A stretch of 57,920 nt of DNA, taken from Proteromonas lacertae. Its lineage: Eukaryota. The notes under the pieces are model-generated. The model worked only from the letters and a program-made list of their open reading frames with translations. It searched no databases and was not told where the DNA came from. The DNA lies in contig NGBS01000337.1 in NCBI GenBank assembly GCA_002245135.1, positions 1 through 57,920 on the forward strand, read 5' to 3'. Position numbers and translations under genes: made by a program. Of this stretch, positions 23,043 through 35,407 are shown in pieces. Each line of letters begins with the position of its first letter. The first letter of the stretch is position 1.

Positions 23043-24203
23043 TCAATATATATGATATAAATGTTTAATTTTATGAATATAATCTGAGTTTAATTTCTTT
23101 TTTTCATGTAATGTATAGTCATTCCAAAATGTATTTGATATATTGTTTTCAGATGAAGACAATCTATCTCTTTTATATTTTAAATTATTAATCATTTCCT
23201 TATTACACTTAATATTGCATAAAAGCAATAAAGAAAATGAAATATGGCCATCTTCAGCAGTTCTTGTATCATAAATATCATTATACCAAATCAACATCAA
23301 CCATTTTCTGTGAATTAATAAAGGTGTTGCGCACCATTTCATTCCATTTTTTGATCCTGAATGATGTCCAAAGAATCCTTTTCCTTTTCCTTTTATTCTA
23401 TTTATCCACATCATATGAGAAGATTTATTTAGAGGAAACCAATCATCATCATATATTAAGACATTATTATTAGGTGATAATAATGAAATGAGATATCTGA
23501 AATAAAACCCAGCAGGAAAATTCACTGCATGAATGTATATAATATCCCATTGAAGATGAGGCAATTTTACTATATTTCTATCATGAACAACTATAACATG
23601 CTTAGGTGGTTTTGTTTGATTAAAAAAGCTATTCATTTGAGTCATTAAATTATTTCTTTTATAAACAGTAGTCACAATTGTATAATTGTAGTTATATTTT
23701 TCTTCCTTACATATACTTCTTTCTCTTATACTTATTTTATTATTCCTAAGAATGTTATATACATCATTATACTTACAATTTCTAAAAATATTTGTATGTA
23801 TATGTAGATATTTAAGATATGAAATATTAAAATACATACATCCATTACTTATTCTTGATTTATCAATTCTATTAAATAATTCTATCTTCATTTTGTATTT
23901 CATATCTTCACTACAAATAGTTATTATTTTTGATTTCACTATTATATTGTATAAAGGAATTAAAAATAGAATATCATCATATATTTCATTTGTTTCAATG
24001 TAATATATGTTCTTTTCAATTTTCATCTTATTTCTATTCTTTACATTATATATCACAATATAATTATCAATATACTTCCTTATATGTTTAAAACTAGTAT
24101 TGCTATTTATCTTTTCTATTATTGATATATTGTAAATACTATCACTCTTTGTAAATATTATATACATAAATAGCACAAATATTATTATATTATAATTATA
24201 CAT
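23043..24203 (-). CDS. Signal-anchored GT-A-fold glycosyltransferase-like protein
   Basis: N-terminal hydrophobic anchor; TIVTTVYKR, GFYFRY, IYDDD, EDGHIS motifs parallel the C-terminal domain of 26757-28946. Confidence 0.7.
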   Translation of the reverse strand: MYNYNIIIFVLFMYIIFTKSDSIYNISIIEKINSNTSFKHIRKYIDNYIVIYNVKNRNKMKIEKNIYYIETNEIYDDILFLIPLYNIIVKSKIITICSEDMKYKMKIELFNRIDKSRISNGCMYFNISYLKYLHIHTNIFRNCKYNDVYNILRNNKISIRERSICKEEKYNYNYTIVTTVYKRNNLMTQMNSFFNQTKPPKHVIVVHDRNIVKLPHLQWDIIYIHAVNFPAGFYFRYLISLLSPNNNVLIYDDDWFPLNKSSHMMWINRIKGKGKGFFGHHSGSKNGMKWCATPLLIHRKWLMLIWYNDIYDTRTAEDGHISFSLLLLCNIKCNKEMINNLKYKRDRLSSSENNISNTFWNDYTLHEKKKLNSDYIHKIKHLYHIY

Positions 24204-24342
24204 TTACTTAATATAAAGTAATTATATGTGTAATAGCTTTATATGTGTTATTTATATGTAATATATATTAGCAATTTTAATTGAATTGTTTATATATATC
24301 ATTAAACTTGTTCCATTCATTATTACTTATGTAATTATAATT

Positions 24343-25737
24343 TTAATTAATTATTTTAAATTGTTTTAAAAATTTAATCTTCAATTTAGATGCAAATTGA
24401 ATTGTCAAATGATGTCTATCTGAATATACTGGACAACCTTCAATAGCATAACTACAACGACTATTAGAGCAGATATACTTATTCATATCTATATAAGATA
24501 TTCTTTCATTGTTTATAATTGGTAATTTATAAACAGATGCATTTACCCCTATAATTTTTTTAATTGTAATACATTCATAAGGATTTTTAGAGAAGTGGAA
24601 GTATCCTGAACTATGTAAACTAAGTCAGTATAATTCAACAACAAATCTATATAATTATTAAAATATGATATTCTAGGTTCTGCTATTTCTCTTGTTAAAT
24701 AATATCCTATAATAATTAGTTTAATGTTATTAAAATAATCTAACATTCTCTTGATTATTTTCATATCTTTAACAATTGCATTATATTCTCTTAAATATAT
24801 ATGGATTGGAACATAATTATTTGAAATAAGATATGGCATAGTTATATTAAACCATTGTTCTACATTAGAATCACTAATAAATAAAGCAACATTATTTATT
24901 CTTGGTTTAATGTTCTTTTTAAACGGACAATTTCCATTTTTATACCATATTTCCTTCCTTCCAGATATAATATCATCCCTATTATATGATACTATATTAT
25001 TTGGCGCTATATATAAATGCATCTTAATCATATTAATAGAATGCTGAATTAAAACTATTAATAATCCATGACATATTGTAAGAAATAATATTTGATATGG
25101 TAAATATACTATTTTAAATCTTATTGGGTTTTCATAATATTTGGTAGATAAAAATGATATTAATTCGATATTCTGTAAAAAGAAAGTTGATAATAGAAGA
25201 ATAAACAAAATATATATTACTCTTCTTGTTGTTCTAGTATAAGATTGTTTTATAGCTATAATTCCATATAAAAATTCCCATATTCTAGAAAATAATGAGA
25301 AATATGAATAACTATGATGATAATGACATTCTATGGCTGCATATAAAAAACTGGTTATATAAACTATACTAAATAGTTAATGAAAAAAGGAAACAATAAA
25401 TAAAATTGATGGTTTTTCACTTAGTGATAAATAATCTGTGGAAAGATAAATGTATCTGATATTTGAAATAGAAAGATCAACACTTAATATATCTAAATAC
25501 AATGTCTTTTGATATACAATATTCATTTTAGAAGCTATATACATTGCAACAATCAATACTATAAATGAAACAGGTATTAATCTCATTCCTCTATGCAAAT
25601 GATTAAGAATGAAAGAATAAGAATATATCTACACCTAAATACCCAGATGATAAATAATTTTTGTTATAATGATATAAAAATACAGAAATAAGACAAATTC
25701 CTCTTATAACTTGAATATCATTTCTATAACTACTCAT
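24343..25737 (-). pseudogene. AT3-SGNH O-acetyltransferase (OafA-like), multiply frameshifted
   Basis: RNDIQVIRG, GYLGVD at the 5' end; ISDSN and YSDRHHLT SGNH motifs at the 3' end. Confidence 0.8.
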
Positions 25738-25767
25738 CTTAAAAATGTTATATATGATTTTTACTAA

Positions 25768-26731
25768 TTAGTTATTTAAAGAATGTTTGCCAAGTTCTTT
25801 TTTACCTAAAACACATACACCATACGGATCAGATTTAATACTTTGTCTAATATATATATCTAATTTTAATTGTTCTAATAACTTATATACTTCATAATTT
25901 TCTTTAATAACCCCATCTTTATAATGATAATAAATTGGTAACACCTTGTATCCTATTTCACTTAGAATATATTTTAATGCATAATATGAAAAATATATGA
26001 AATGTCCTCCTTTTGTCTGAAATTTAATTGCTTCATCTTTACTACTATAATACTTACTTTTATAAAAAATTCATATCTAAAACACATAGTATAAAATAAC
26101 CACCTTCTTTCTGCATAAATTTAATATTTTCAAATACGATCCATATTAATTCAGGATGAATATGTTCAAGTACATGATTGGCTAATATTGTATTAAATGT
26201 CTCCTTTGGTATATATTGAGTTATTTCAAATCTATTTGTTAAATCCAACTGATCTTGATCAGTTGAAATATATCCTGGAAAATATTTATCTTTATGCCCT
26301 AAAGAATGACCACTTCCTAAAACTAAATTATTTTCTATATTATTTCTAATATTTTTGTAAATTTCATCTCTGACCTTTTTCTTTTTTCTATTAGAATTAT
26401 ATGGAGATATGTCTGGTATGCTTTTAATTAATTTTCTAATCACACATTTATCATCGAATTTAATATATGAAAGTGGTATATTTTCAAGCATCCTAAAAAT
26501 AAAGATATAAATATTACTTATATTTGGTATTTCTTCTAAACACAGAAAATATAAAATTATATATGATTCTACTTCATTTGAGCACCAATCATTTTTAGAT
26601 ATGTTGTATTTCTTTATATATTCTTTATTTATGCTTTCTGATAATTTTGATTTTATTGAACAAAAATAATAATAGTTTATGTTAATAAATGCAATAATTA
26701 TGATAAGATAATATATAATTAATTTAATCAT
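25768..26731 (-). pseudogene. Signal-anchored class I SAM methyltransferase, one frameshift near 26060
   Basis: LVLGSG, ILANHVLEHI, KEGGYF; continuation frame equals track ORF 51159-51470. Confidence 0.75.
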
Positions 26732-26756
26732 TAATCATCATTTTTCTGATTGTATC

Positions 26757-28946
26757 ATGAGATCAATATTTTTATTAGTTTATTTTATATATATAACTAT
26801 ATTATTACTTGTAACAATAAATATAAACGAGATATTTTACCCAAAGAAGACAAACTTCTTTAACAAAAATAAAACAATTATATGTTTTGTATTTGGTACA
26901 AGGCCAGAAATTATAAAGATAGCTCCTATTATAAAATCTTTTAAACTATTTAATAAATTAATAGATATTGTTACAATTTTTACAGGTCAACATGAAGATA
27001 TATCGGAAGATATATTATTACTCTTTAATATATTTCCTACCTACAAATTAAAAGTCATGAAAAAAAATCAGTCTTTGGCATTGCTAACAACTGCATTATT
27101 ATACAAAATAAATTACATTTATAATATTGTAAATCCATCTCTTGTTATTGTGCAAGGTGATACAACTAGCGCTATGGTTGGAGCATTATGTGCTTTTTAT
27201 ATGAATATACCTGTGGCTCATATTGAAGCAGGATTAAGAACTTATAAAATAAATTCTCCATTTCCAGAAGAAATGAATAGACAAATAATAAGCAAACTAT
27301 CTTCATATCATTTTGCAGCTACTATATTTAATGTACAAAATTTGAATAAAGATTGTTTATCTTCTTCTGAAATATATTTAGTGGGAAATACAGTAATTGA
27401 TTCGCTACATTATATATTATCTAAAGGAATAAAAAATAGAATTTATGTGGCTTATTATAAAAATATTATACTCTTCACTATGCATAGAAGAGAAAATAAA
27501 CACTATTATTATGATATATTAAAAACAATTATTAGAATTGTTAAAGAAAATAATGATACAATAGTGTTATATCCAATTCATCCAAATCCATATGTAATTC
27601 AAGCAATTTTACAAGTAATTCCTATGAATTTATACCTTATGATGATTAAGTCAAAAGTTATTGAAGATATTCAATACAAGCATTTGAATAGATTAAAATT
27701 GTTTAAACCGCTATCATATTCTGAAATAATTCATCTTATTAATATATCTACATTAGTAGTTACTGATTCGGGAGGAATACAAGAGGAAGCAGTAAGCCTA
27801 GGGAAGAAGTTATTAATACTGAGAGAGAATACAGAAAGATACGAAGCTGTTTACTATGGAGCAGCAAAATTAATAGGCGTAAAGAGTGAAAACATATATT
27901 CAAATATTAAATGCGTTATAAAAAATGAACAATGTGATAATTTAATCACTTCCACAGCAATATATGGTAAAGGAAATACTAGTAGTATGATTGTCAAAAT
28001 ATTAATCAATAAAATTCCTTATAAACTAAATTATTTTACCTCAAAATGTAATTCAATGAAAAAAGTGTATGACATTATATATGTCATTACAGTATGGAAA
28101 AGAATGAATTACTGTTGGCAATTGGAATTGATATTAAAACAAAAGTATTTAAAGAATTATAATATTTTGATAGTGATTTATCAAAATGGAAATCATATCA
28201 ATAGTGTTGATTATTCTAATTATACCTCTGCAAAACAGAATATATATATACATTATATACATTCTACAATAGAAACAGGATATTTTGCTAGATTCTTAGT
28301 GCCTTTACTATTTAATGTGAATGATTATTCATATTTTTTCATTATTGATGATGATATTAGGTGGGGAAATATGTACTTTCAAAATATGCTTGAATTAGTA
28401 GAAAAAGGATATTTAGCAACACGAAATGGAAGATTAATAGATAAAAATGGAAATTATAAAGTAATTTCATTCAGTAAACTAAAAGGAATACCAATATTGT
28501 ATAACACACATATAGAGTATGATTTTGGAGGACATATATGGGGAGGTAAAATAGAATGGTTAAGAGTATTATGGAATCACCCTCCACCATTTTTTGATAC
28601 ATGCGAAGATATATGGATTAGTGTTGTATTATTTACTTTTTTAGGAATTAGAACTGCAACGCCTAAGTGTACTAATATTACATTTTACTCTATTGGAGAA
28701 ATATGTGCATGTGATGATTATTCTAATAAACATGAAAGTGGAATTATTGGAAATAATATTAATGATGACAAAAACTATAGAGAGTTTAGAATAAAACACA
28801 TTAAACTAATAATGAATATATATAATTACGCTCCTCTTTATAGTAATACCACCTTGTTTAATGTAATTAAAACGAAATATTATATATTAAATAATAGCTT
28901 AACAATTATAGATGAAATGAAATTATGCAAATCATGGATTGGTTAA
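26757..28946 (+). CDS. wecB: Membrane-anchored UDP-GlcNAc 2-epimerase (WecB-type) fused to a GT-A domain
   Basis: FGTRPEIIK, TGQH, QGDTTSA, HIEAGLRT, PFPEEMNR, HRREN, TDSGGIQEEA; C-terminal ITVWKR..IIDDD..EDIWIS; N-terminal hydrophobic helix. Confidence 0.92.
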   Translation: MRSIFLLVYFIYITILLLVTININEIFYPKKTNFFNKNKTIICFVFGTRPEIIKIAPIIKSFKLFNKLIDIVTIFTGQHEDISEDILLLFNIFPTYKLKVMKKNQSLALLTTALLYKINYIYNIVNPSLVIVQGDTTSAMVGALCAFYMNIPVAHIEAGLRTYKINSPFPEEMNRQIISKLSSYHFAATIFNVQNLNKDCLSSSEIYLVGNTVIDSLHYILSKGIKNRIYVAYYKNIILFTMHRRENKHYYYDILKTIIRIVKENNDTIVLYPIHPNPYVIQAILQVIPMNLYLMMIKSKVIEDIQYKHLNRLKLFKPLSYSEIIHLINISTLVVTDSGGIQEEAVSLGKKLLILRENTERYEAVYYGAAKLIGVKSENIYSNIKCVIKNEQCDNLITSTAIYGKGNTSSMIVKILINKIPYKLNYFTSKCNSMKKVYDIIYVITVWKRMNYCWQLELILKQKYLKNYNILIVIYQNGNHINSVDYSNYTSAKQNIYIHYIHSTIETGYFARFLVPLLFNVNDYSYFFIIDDDIRWGNMYFQNMLELVEKGYLATRNGRLIDKNGNYKVISFSKLKGIPILYNTHIEYDFGGHIWGGKIEWLRVLWNHPPPFFDTCEDIWISVVLFTFLGIRTATPKCTNITFYSIGEICACDDYSNKHESGIIGNNINDDKNYREFRIKHIKLIMNIYNYAPLYSNTTLFNVIKTKYYILNNSLTIIDEMKLCKSWIG

Positions 28947-28972
28947 GTATAAAAATACTGTGAAGTATTTTT

Positions 28973-29863
28973 CTATGTAAGGTCATAAATTTTTGTTAAA
29001 AAGTTAAATCTATTATCACAAGGTAAAGGTAATAAATCTCTATCATAATCAACTATTTCTAATTTATTTTTCCTAAATATGTCTAAGTGTTTTTTAATAC
29101 TATGTATAATGTAATTTCGATTAGTATATGGAGGTTTATTATATTCAGTATGTGAAAAACTTTTAAGTTTATTTTGAATTGATGTAATGTTGTTATAACA
29201 ATATGAGCAGTGAGTTAGAGAAGGAAATATTGGAATTGAATAATTTTTCAATAATTTAAATCGATTCTTTCTATAATATTCTACATTTGTATTACAATAC
29301 CATGCATTTAAGACAATAACACCTGCCCAATAGATGTAAAATCTATGCCTGTAATTATAGTAATACATATATCCACTTAATACATATAATTTATTTGGAG
29401 GATTATCAATAATATATTTCAATGCTTTAGTTGTAGGAATTTCATCTATATCACTTATAAAGATTATTGAATTATTTTTTATTTCTTTTACTGTTTTTAT
29501 TGCCTCGCATATTTTATTTCTTTGATATATTTCTCTACACCAGCTGTTATTACAATTTGAAGGATGAGTTATGTTATAGAGAATTATTTTCTTTCTGTAT
29601 TTATATATGTAAGATTCAAAAGGGGAAAAACTAACTTTAAGTGGAAAACCAGAGAATGTAGTGTTTGCTAGTATAATCACAAAATAATCTATAAAAACAG
29701 CCATTCTAGTTAATCTTATACCCAACATTAATGACTCTTGAAAATATATAAATGAATCAATGATAATTACTTTACTATTACTTTTACTACTCTTTTGAAA
29801 TTTTATGATATTATATATAATAAAAATAAATATTACAGCAATATAAATTCTATATATACCCAT
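28973..29863 (-). CDS. GT17 (MGAT3-like) N-acetylglucosaminyltransferase
   Basis: DSFIYFQE..L.IRL, TFSG, EIYQRN, SDIDEIP, NKLKSFSHTEYN; N-terminal anchor. Confidence 0.88.
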   Translation of the reverse strand: MGIYRIYIAVIFIFIIYNIIKFQKSSKSNSKVIIIDSFIYFQESLMLGIRLTRMAVFIDYFVIILANTTFSGFPLKVSFSPFESYIYKYRKKIILYNITHPSNCNNSWCREIYQRNKICEAIKTVKEIKNNSIIFISDIDEIPTTKALKYIIDNPPNKLYVLSGYMYYYNYRHRFYIYWAGVIVLNAWYCNTNVEYYRKNRFKLLKNYSIPIFPSLTHCSYCYNNITSIQNKLKSFSHTEYNKPPYTNRNYIIHSIKKHLDIFRKNKLEIVDYDRDLLPLPCDNRFNFLTKIYDLT

Positions 29864-31399
29864 TTTATTTTAATACTATTATTTTATAAATACCCTTAGT
29901 AGTTTTTATTTATATATCTATTTTATGCTAAAATTTACAATCTAGTTTATTATTTGTTTCTTAGAAATGATTATTAGAAATGGTTTTAAAGCAAATATTA
30001 TAATAATCTATATCATTAATATTTCTAAAATTTATCTAAATAGAAGGTAAATAATTATTAATTATGGTTAAATCATTATTTTTGTCAGTTTTTCTTCTTT
30101 TGAGAAATATCAACTTTTGAGAAATTAAGCATTTAACGTTCTTTTGCATGACATGATGAAATAAAAAAGCTTGAAGAGAAATTAATCTTGGATTAATTTC
30201 AAAGTTTATATTCATAGCTTCTATTTTATATTAGATTTTTATAAACATATTATAAAACAATCTACTCATCTAGTTTTGTTGTTATCTTTACAAATACTTG
30301 TTTACTATCCAACAAAATAATGATGGTTTACCATTTTTTATTCAAAAGACAAAACATAAGCATTTACAAATAAGAAATTATGAAAGAAAATATCGAAGTT
30401 TATTCATTTTAAAAAGACAGGTTATTCTACTTCCCTGTAAACTTATTGAATTTAAGCTCCGTAGTTCACTTGTTTAAGCTCCTCCATCTTCTTCCGCACG
30501 TCCGAGACGTCGGTGTCTTTATCCAGCTGGTATGTAAAGGCTGCTAAGGTGGAGATAACACTTTACGTTCCCCTTGAAGATGGAAATGGTCACTATCGCA
30601 TGGTATCTGAAACAGAGCATATCGTGGGAGTAACAATATGCTTAACGATCTTCCATGACAGAGAAAAAGAAAAACTTTGCCTGGAAGGATTGACGCGATT
30701 GCTATTCTCTGTTAGTGAAGTTAATAACAATATGTCTTGCACGGCATCGTCTTCCTTATCATTTCATCTCCCCGATAGTTTCATCGATAAGTATTGTTGT
30801 GCGCTGTTGAGCCGATCTCATCATATAATTAACTAATATCATTTTTATCTTAGTTATAGAGAGTTAGTTACAAATATATAGTTAGGTCTATGATATATAT
30901 AACTTGTGCCGATATCAACTGTTAGGTCAACATAAGTAATATTATTATATATTCCATTACTACCACTTATATGTATTGTTAATATAAAATATCTGAAAAT
31001 AAATCATAATGGTTCATTAGATAAATGAAAAAATAAAACTAAATTCCTTAAAAATTTTACCCCTAAATTTGTTCAAAATTTGATTATCTCTACAATAAAT
31101 AATTCATGGTAAATTTAACTATTCAATTTTAATAATTAAATACATATCTATGTTTTTAGATAAAAAAAATATATACAAAACAAATTAATAAAGATCATTT
31201 ACAAAAATTACTAATTTCTATATTTCATAAACAATATATAAATATTCATTTAGAACTAAATATATATATCTCATATACAAAATATCAGCTTCATAATCCT
31301 TCAGCGTCCTCAATGGCGCATGAAAAGCTTACCTTCACTATAAGACCGTAAAACGTACTCCAGGTTAATCATCGATGATCCTCCAGGTAAGAAGATGAA

Positions 31400-32520
31400 A
31401 TGATTAGGATGGAATGAAGAGCAAGGATTGAGCTCAGCTAAGGAGATGTATTATCTAATGTTCAACATGAAGTTCCTACCTCCTGGAAGAAGCTAAGTGC
31501 TGCACTCAACAACTGTGCATTCGTATCAACTAAGGATATCGATATTGATCCCGTAAAGCCCTTCAAGTTCCTGATGGATGCGAGTATGCTGAGAGTTGGA
31601 GTAGGCTTTGATACTACCTGTAAAGAGAAGATTATCATTCAAGGACCCGATCGCTTACAACAGTCCACGTATTACGGGATTCATGACTCCCGAGAAGACT
31701 GGGTGAACTCCTTGAGTCTCTTGTTGGAGTCTTACTTTGGAAGGCGTGATATGTATGAGTCTGAGGATGTGGAAGGTAACAAGGTTAAGATGTTTCACTT
31801 CCTAAAGCAGCCAGCTGTTTACTTCAACTACGAGAAGATCCGAGACAAGGGAATGGTACTTATAGTATTCGGAGGAGTTACTAGTGGGGCAACTCCTCTG
31901 AAGGAGCTTCATCACTCTATCCGACTAGTCCTGGATGATCTCATCAGTAAGCCTTTGGAGATGCAAAGTCAGTGGTAATGTCCGAAGATCCGCAGAGATA
32001 GCCTTTGGAGAACATCATGATGAAGAGTTCCTTAATCTCAAGGACTATGATCTCAACCCAGACAGAAGCTCCTTTGGATGGGCATCCAACAACAGTGTCT
32101 TTGTAGTCAAAGGAATGGACTGTAACAATGTAAGTGAGCATTTACAGAAGAATGGAGAGCCTGTTATCTGCTGGTTGAAGAACATGCAAGAGTATGGCTA
32201 GGTGATCCCAAGAATAAGAAGAACCAAAGAGTTCTCGGTGTTAATCCTTGCCTAGAGCAATCGCTGGAGTCTTATGAGATGTGTTGCCTGGTAGAGACGT
32301 TTCCTTATCGTCATCATAATCTAGGATAGTTCTTAAGGACATTGAAGTTTGCTTACCTATATGCCAAGACTGTGACTCTGGGAATGACTCACTGGCCAGA
32401 GACCAACAGAGTGATGTTAAGGAATAGAAGGATCGAATGCAGTATCAGTGGGATAGCACAGTTCATTGATAAGTACGGAGTTGATATTCTCAAGACTTGG
32501 ACGGAAGAAGGCTATTCCAC
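31400..32520 (+). pseudogene. nrdJ: Class II (B12-dependent) ribonucleotide reductase remnant
   Basis: MFNMKFLPPGR, LNNCAFVS, VGVGFDT, SGNVRRSAEIA, WASNNS, NPCLEQSLESYEMCCLVETF, RNRRI; stops and deletions. Confidence 0.88.
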
Positions 32521-32634
32521 AACCTCTCATGAAAGAGAAGCTCGAAAAAATGTCAAAAAGTATAGTACAATACTTGTGATATAAGTGAAAATATTCATGC
32601 AAAATTAAAACGTCATGTAACAATCGATAAGCCT

Positions 32635-32838
32635 ATGGAGCAAACTAATTTATTAAAGTTACAAGTAGATCAAAGTGGTAATGGACATATCAATCAATAT
32701 ATAATAATAAAGAAATTAGTTGAATTATGTGAAGATCCATCAAAGAATCAATATGCAATAAAAATATTAAACAAATCAATTAAAACAGGTAGTATAAGTC
32801 CATTGAGTGATATTAGGGCAATGGGAATTTCACTATAA
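32635..32838 (+). pseudogene. Protein kinase N-lobe fragment
   Basis: INQYIIIKKL..YAIKILNK with the Gly-loop missing. Confidence 0.5.
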
Positions 32839-33025
32839 TATAAAAATGTGTGCTTGTTAAAGTAATAATTGAGACTTATTTATTGAACAGAAAAGAAATT
32901 ATAGTGTTTTAAAAAGGTTTTTAGAAGAGAAGATTTAACAAAGTAAAAGTTATACAAAGTTAAAGAATTAGCTTTTGAATATATGAAAGGATTAATAGAA
33001 GTTAATTAATTATAATTAATATCAA

Positions 33026-33252
33026 AATTTCAGTTAATAATACTCAAGTATTTAGTACATACAGTGATTAACAACTCGATGTGTCAATTCAAGTGTTTGA
33101 AGGTGAAGAATCTATGACAATATATAATAACTAATAATACTTTGAATGTAAGTGTTGTAAAAGAGAGTATTGGTAAAGCTAATAAGATCACAATTACAAA
33201 TGATAAAGGTCTTCTTACACCTGAGAAATTTTAAAGAATGGTTGTAAAAGCT
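33026..33252 (+). pseudogene. hsp70: Cytosolic-type Hsp70 substrate-binding domain fragment
   Basis: QVFSTYSD*Q..IQVFEGEESMT and LNVSV..GKANKITITNDKG..RMV. Confidence 0.8.
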
Positions 33253-33779
33253 AGATATTCAAAGCTAAATCATGAGAGGTAAATTGAATATAAAAGAAGT
33301 AGCTTTATAATATATGAAAAGATTAGTAGAAGTATATCAATTACAATTCAATAGAGATAACTTCGTTGTAGGTATAAGAAATGCTTTAGAAAGCAAATTA
33401 TCAAAATTCATGATAATAAAACGAGAAGTAGATGATTCTAAATTCTTAACTTATCCAATGGCTAGTAGTTTAATAAATGTAAGTAAATTATGTTCAAGAA
33501 GGTGATAATTTAACAATAATAGAAGCTATGGAAATGTAAAATATGTTGACTTCCTCGAATAGATACAAGATTGCCAAAATTTAGTTGAATGATTTGTTTT
33601 TTAAGAAAAATGTTCAATTATCAGTTAGTTATAAATAAATATGTCTTAATGACTTAGTTAAATTGTTTTTATGGGATAAACGATTGAAATAGAGCTTAAG
33701 ATAGTTATTCAGATAGTAAATAAGTCAAACAGTTTAAAAAATAATAGTATTTATTAATTAATTAACAAAAATAAGCCCT

Positions 33780-34131
33780 AGCTTCCTATAGGAGGCAGGT
33801 GCTCAAATTTTATAAAATATAAAAAATTATTCAAGCCGAGCTTGTGTTATCACACATTATATTTTGAGCATTCTCATCTAATAGTAAGATATTTAATAAA
33901 AAAACTGGAGATCCTGTGTACAGTTATTATGTACAATAGGTTGGGATCAAAAATGCTCCAATCATTAAAAGATCGTAAAATTAGACCAAAAAAAAGTTGT
34001 GCTATCCCTACCATCTTCTCAGAATCTCTTAATTAAGCAATTATAGTCAAGTAATATAAAATATTAGAGTCAAACTCTAACTAGATTAGGCGAGTTCAAA
34101 TTTTGAACACTCGTTTAAACCCAAACTTCCC
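33780..34131 (-). repeat. Diverged copy of the terminal sequence of the MULE-like element
   Basis: TCAAGCC..AGCTTGTGT, AAAACTGGAG..TATTATGTACAATAG and CGAGTTCAAATTTTGAAC shared with 19490-19821. Confidence 0.65.
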
Positions 34132-34429
34132 ATTAAAACTGCATAAATCAATTTTGATGTTGAGAAAATTTAAAAAATAATATCAAATTCCTTTATTTTT
34201 ACACCCATATTTTTGTATAATTTTTCATGTGCCATTGAGGACGCTGAAGGATTATGAAGCTGATACTTTGTGTATGAAATTCTCCTATAATTTCATATTA
34301 ATGTTTAGGTTTAATAGTATATCTAAAATAATATCTTATTCATTTATATAATAAAAAATAATTAAATAAATAAGATTCATATTCTAAATATAAAGAATAA
34401 CTAGATGATCATGTATATATAATGAATAA

Positions 34430-35407
34430 TTGATGGGAAAAGAGAATTTATTTCTTTGTGTATATATAATGATTATATTATATTATATAACTTTTTATAA
34501 TATAAAGATTAAAGATGAATACATTCTTAATATGTTATTAGATATACATAAAAGAAATAAAACAATTGTGTATGTGATTAATCCTACAGCAGGGTTAGCT
34601 AATACATTAAGAGGAATGATAAGTACAATTTTCTTATCATATTTATATAACACAAATTACTATTTAAAAGGATGGAATTCAATCATATACTACTTTAAAT
34701 ATCCAACGAAATTGATATACAAAAATGATTTAAGTAACAATTATTATCTTGTGTACAAAAGATTTAATAAATCTATTTTAAGTGTATTAACTTCTAATAA
34801 TGTAAAAGTCATGATAACTGATATTCACGGTTATATAAACATACTATTGAATAATTGTCATGACAATGATAAAGTACAGTTATTTGCAAAGAAATATAGG
34901 ATTCATAGTATAAACAGAGAAATTATAAACAGTATATTATACAAAGAAATCTTTGTTCCTTCATATAACATATTTAGATATGTAAATTTGTTTTTAAAGT
35001 TAAAAAGTAATAACTTTGTGTTGGGCATTCATATCCGATCTGAGAGATATAAAATCAATTATTATAATAAAAAAGATATAATGAAAATATTAAATCAGTT
35101 TTATAAGTTATCTACAACAATTATAAAAAAATATAATATAACTAAAATATTTGCTATATCTGATAATTATATAATACTTAATGAATTGAAACTACACTAT
35201 ATTAATAGAATAATAAATATATCATTTAATGGTGATATAATACATTCTCGATATGCTTTGTACAGTAAAAATATAAACAATAATGCTGTAAGAATTGTAT
35301 CAGAGTTTATTATTCTTTCTCATTGTGATGTTATCGTTGGAACTCAAGGAAGCTCATTTTCATTTGAATCATGTAATAGATTATTAACTAAATGTTATTT
35401 TCCTTAA
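34430..35407 (+). CDS. Signal-anchored fucosyltransferase-like protein (GT23/NodZ-related GT-B clan)
   Basis: GLANTLRG, VLGIHIRS, FAISDN, EFIILSHCDVIVGTQGSSFS (motifs I-III). Confidence 0.8.
   Translation: MMGKENLFLCVYIMIILYYITFYNIKIKDEYILNMLLDIHKRNKTIVYVINPTAGLANTLRGMISTIFLSYLYNTNYYLKGWNSIIYYFKYPTKLIYKNDLSNNYYLVYKRFNKSILSVLTSNNVKVMITDIHGYINILLNNCHDNDKVQLFAKKYRIHSINREIINSILYKEIFVPSYNIFRYVNLFLKLKSNNFVLGIHIRSERYKINYYNKKDIMKILNQFYKLSTTIIKKYNITKIFAISDNYIILNELKLHYINRIINISFNGDIIHSRYALYSKNINNNAVRIVSEFIILSHCDVIVGTQGSSFSFESCNRLLTKCYFP

Larger units (their letters stand above)
22465..26061 (+). repeat. Segmental duplication, copy 1
   Basis: 22861-26061 matches 48252-51452 (offset 25391, identical ORF translations); 22465-22860 is a deleted version of 46822-48251. 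Confidence 0.95.
31271..34277. repeat. ~56-bp inverted repeat pair (31271-31326, 34222-34277) bracketing gene fragments
   Basis: TATCAGCTTCATAATCCTTCAGCGTCCTCAATGGC and its reverse complement. Confidence 0.85.
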
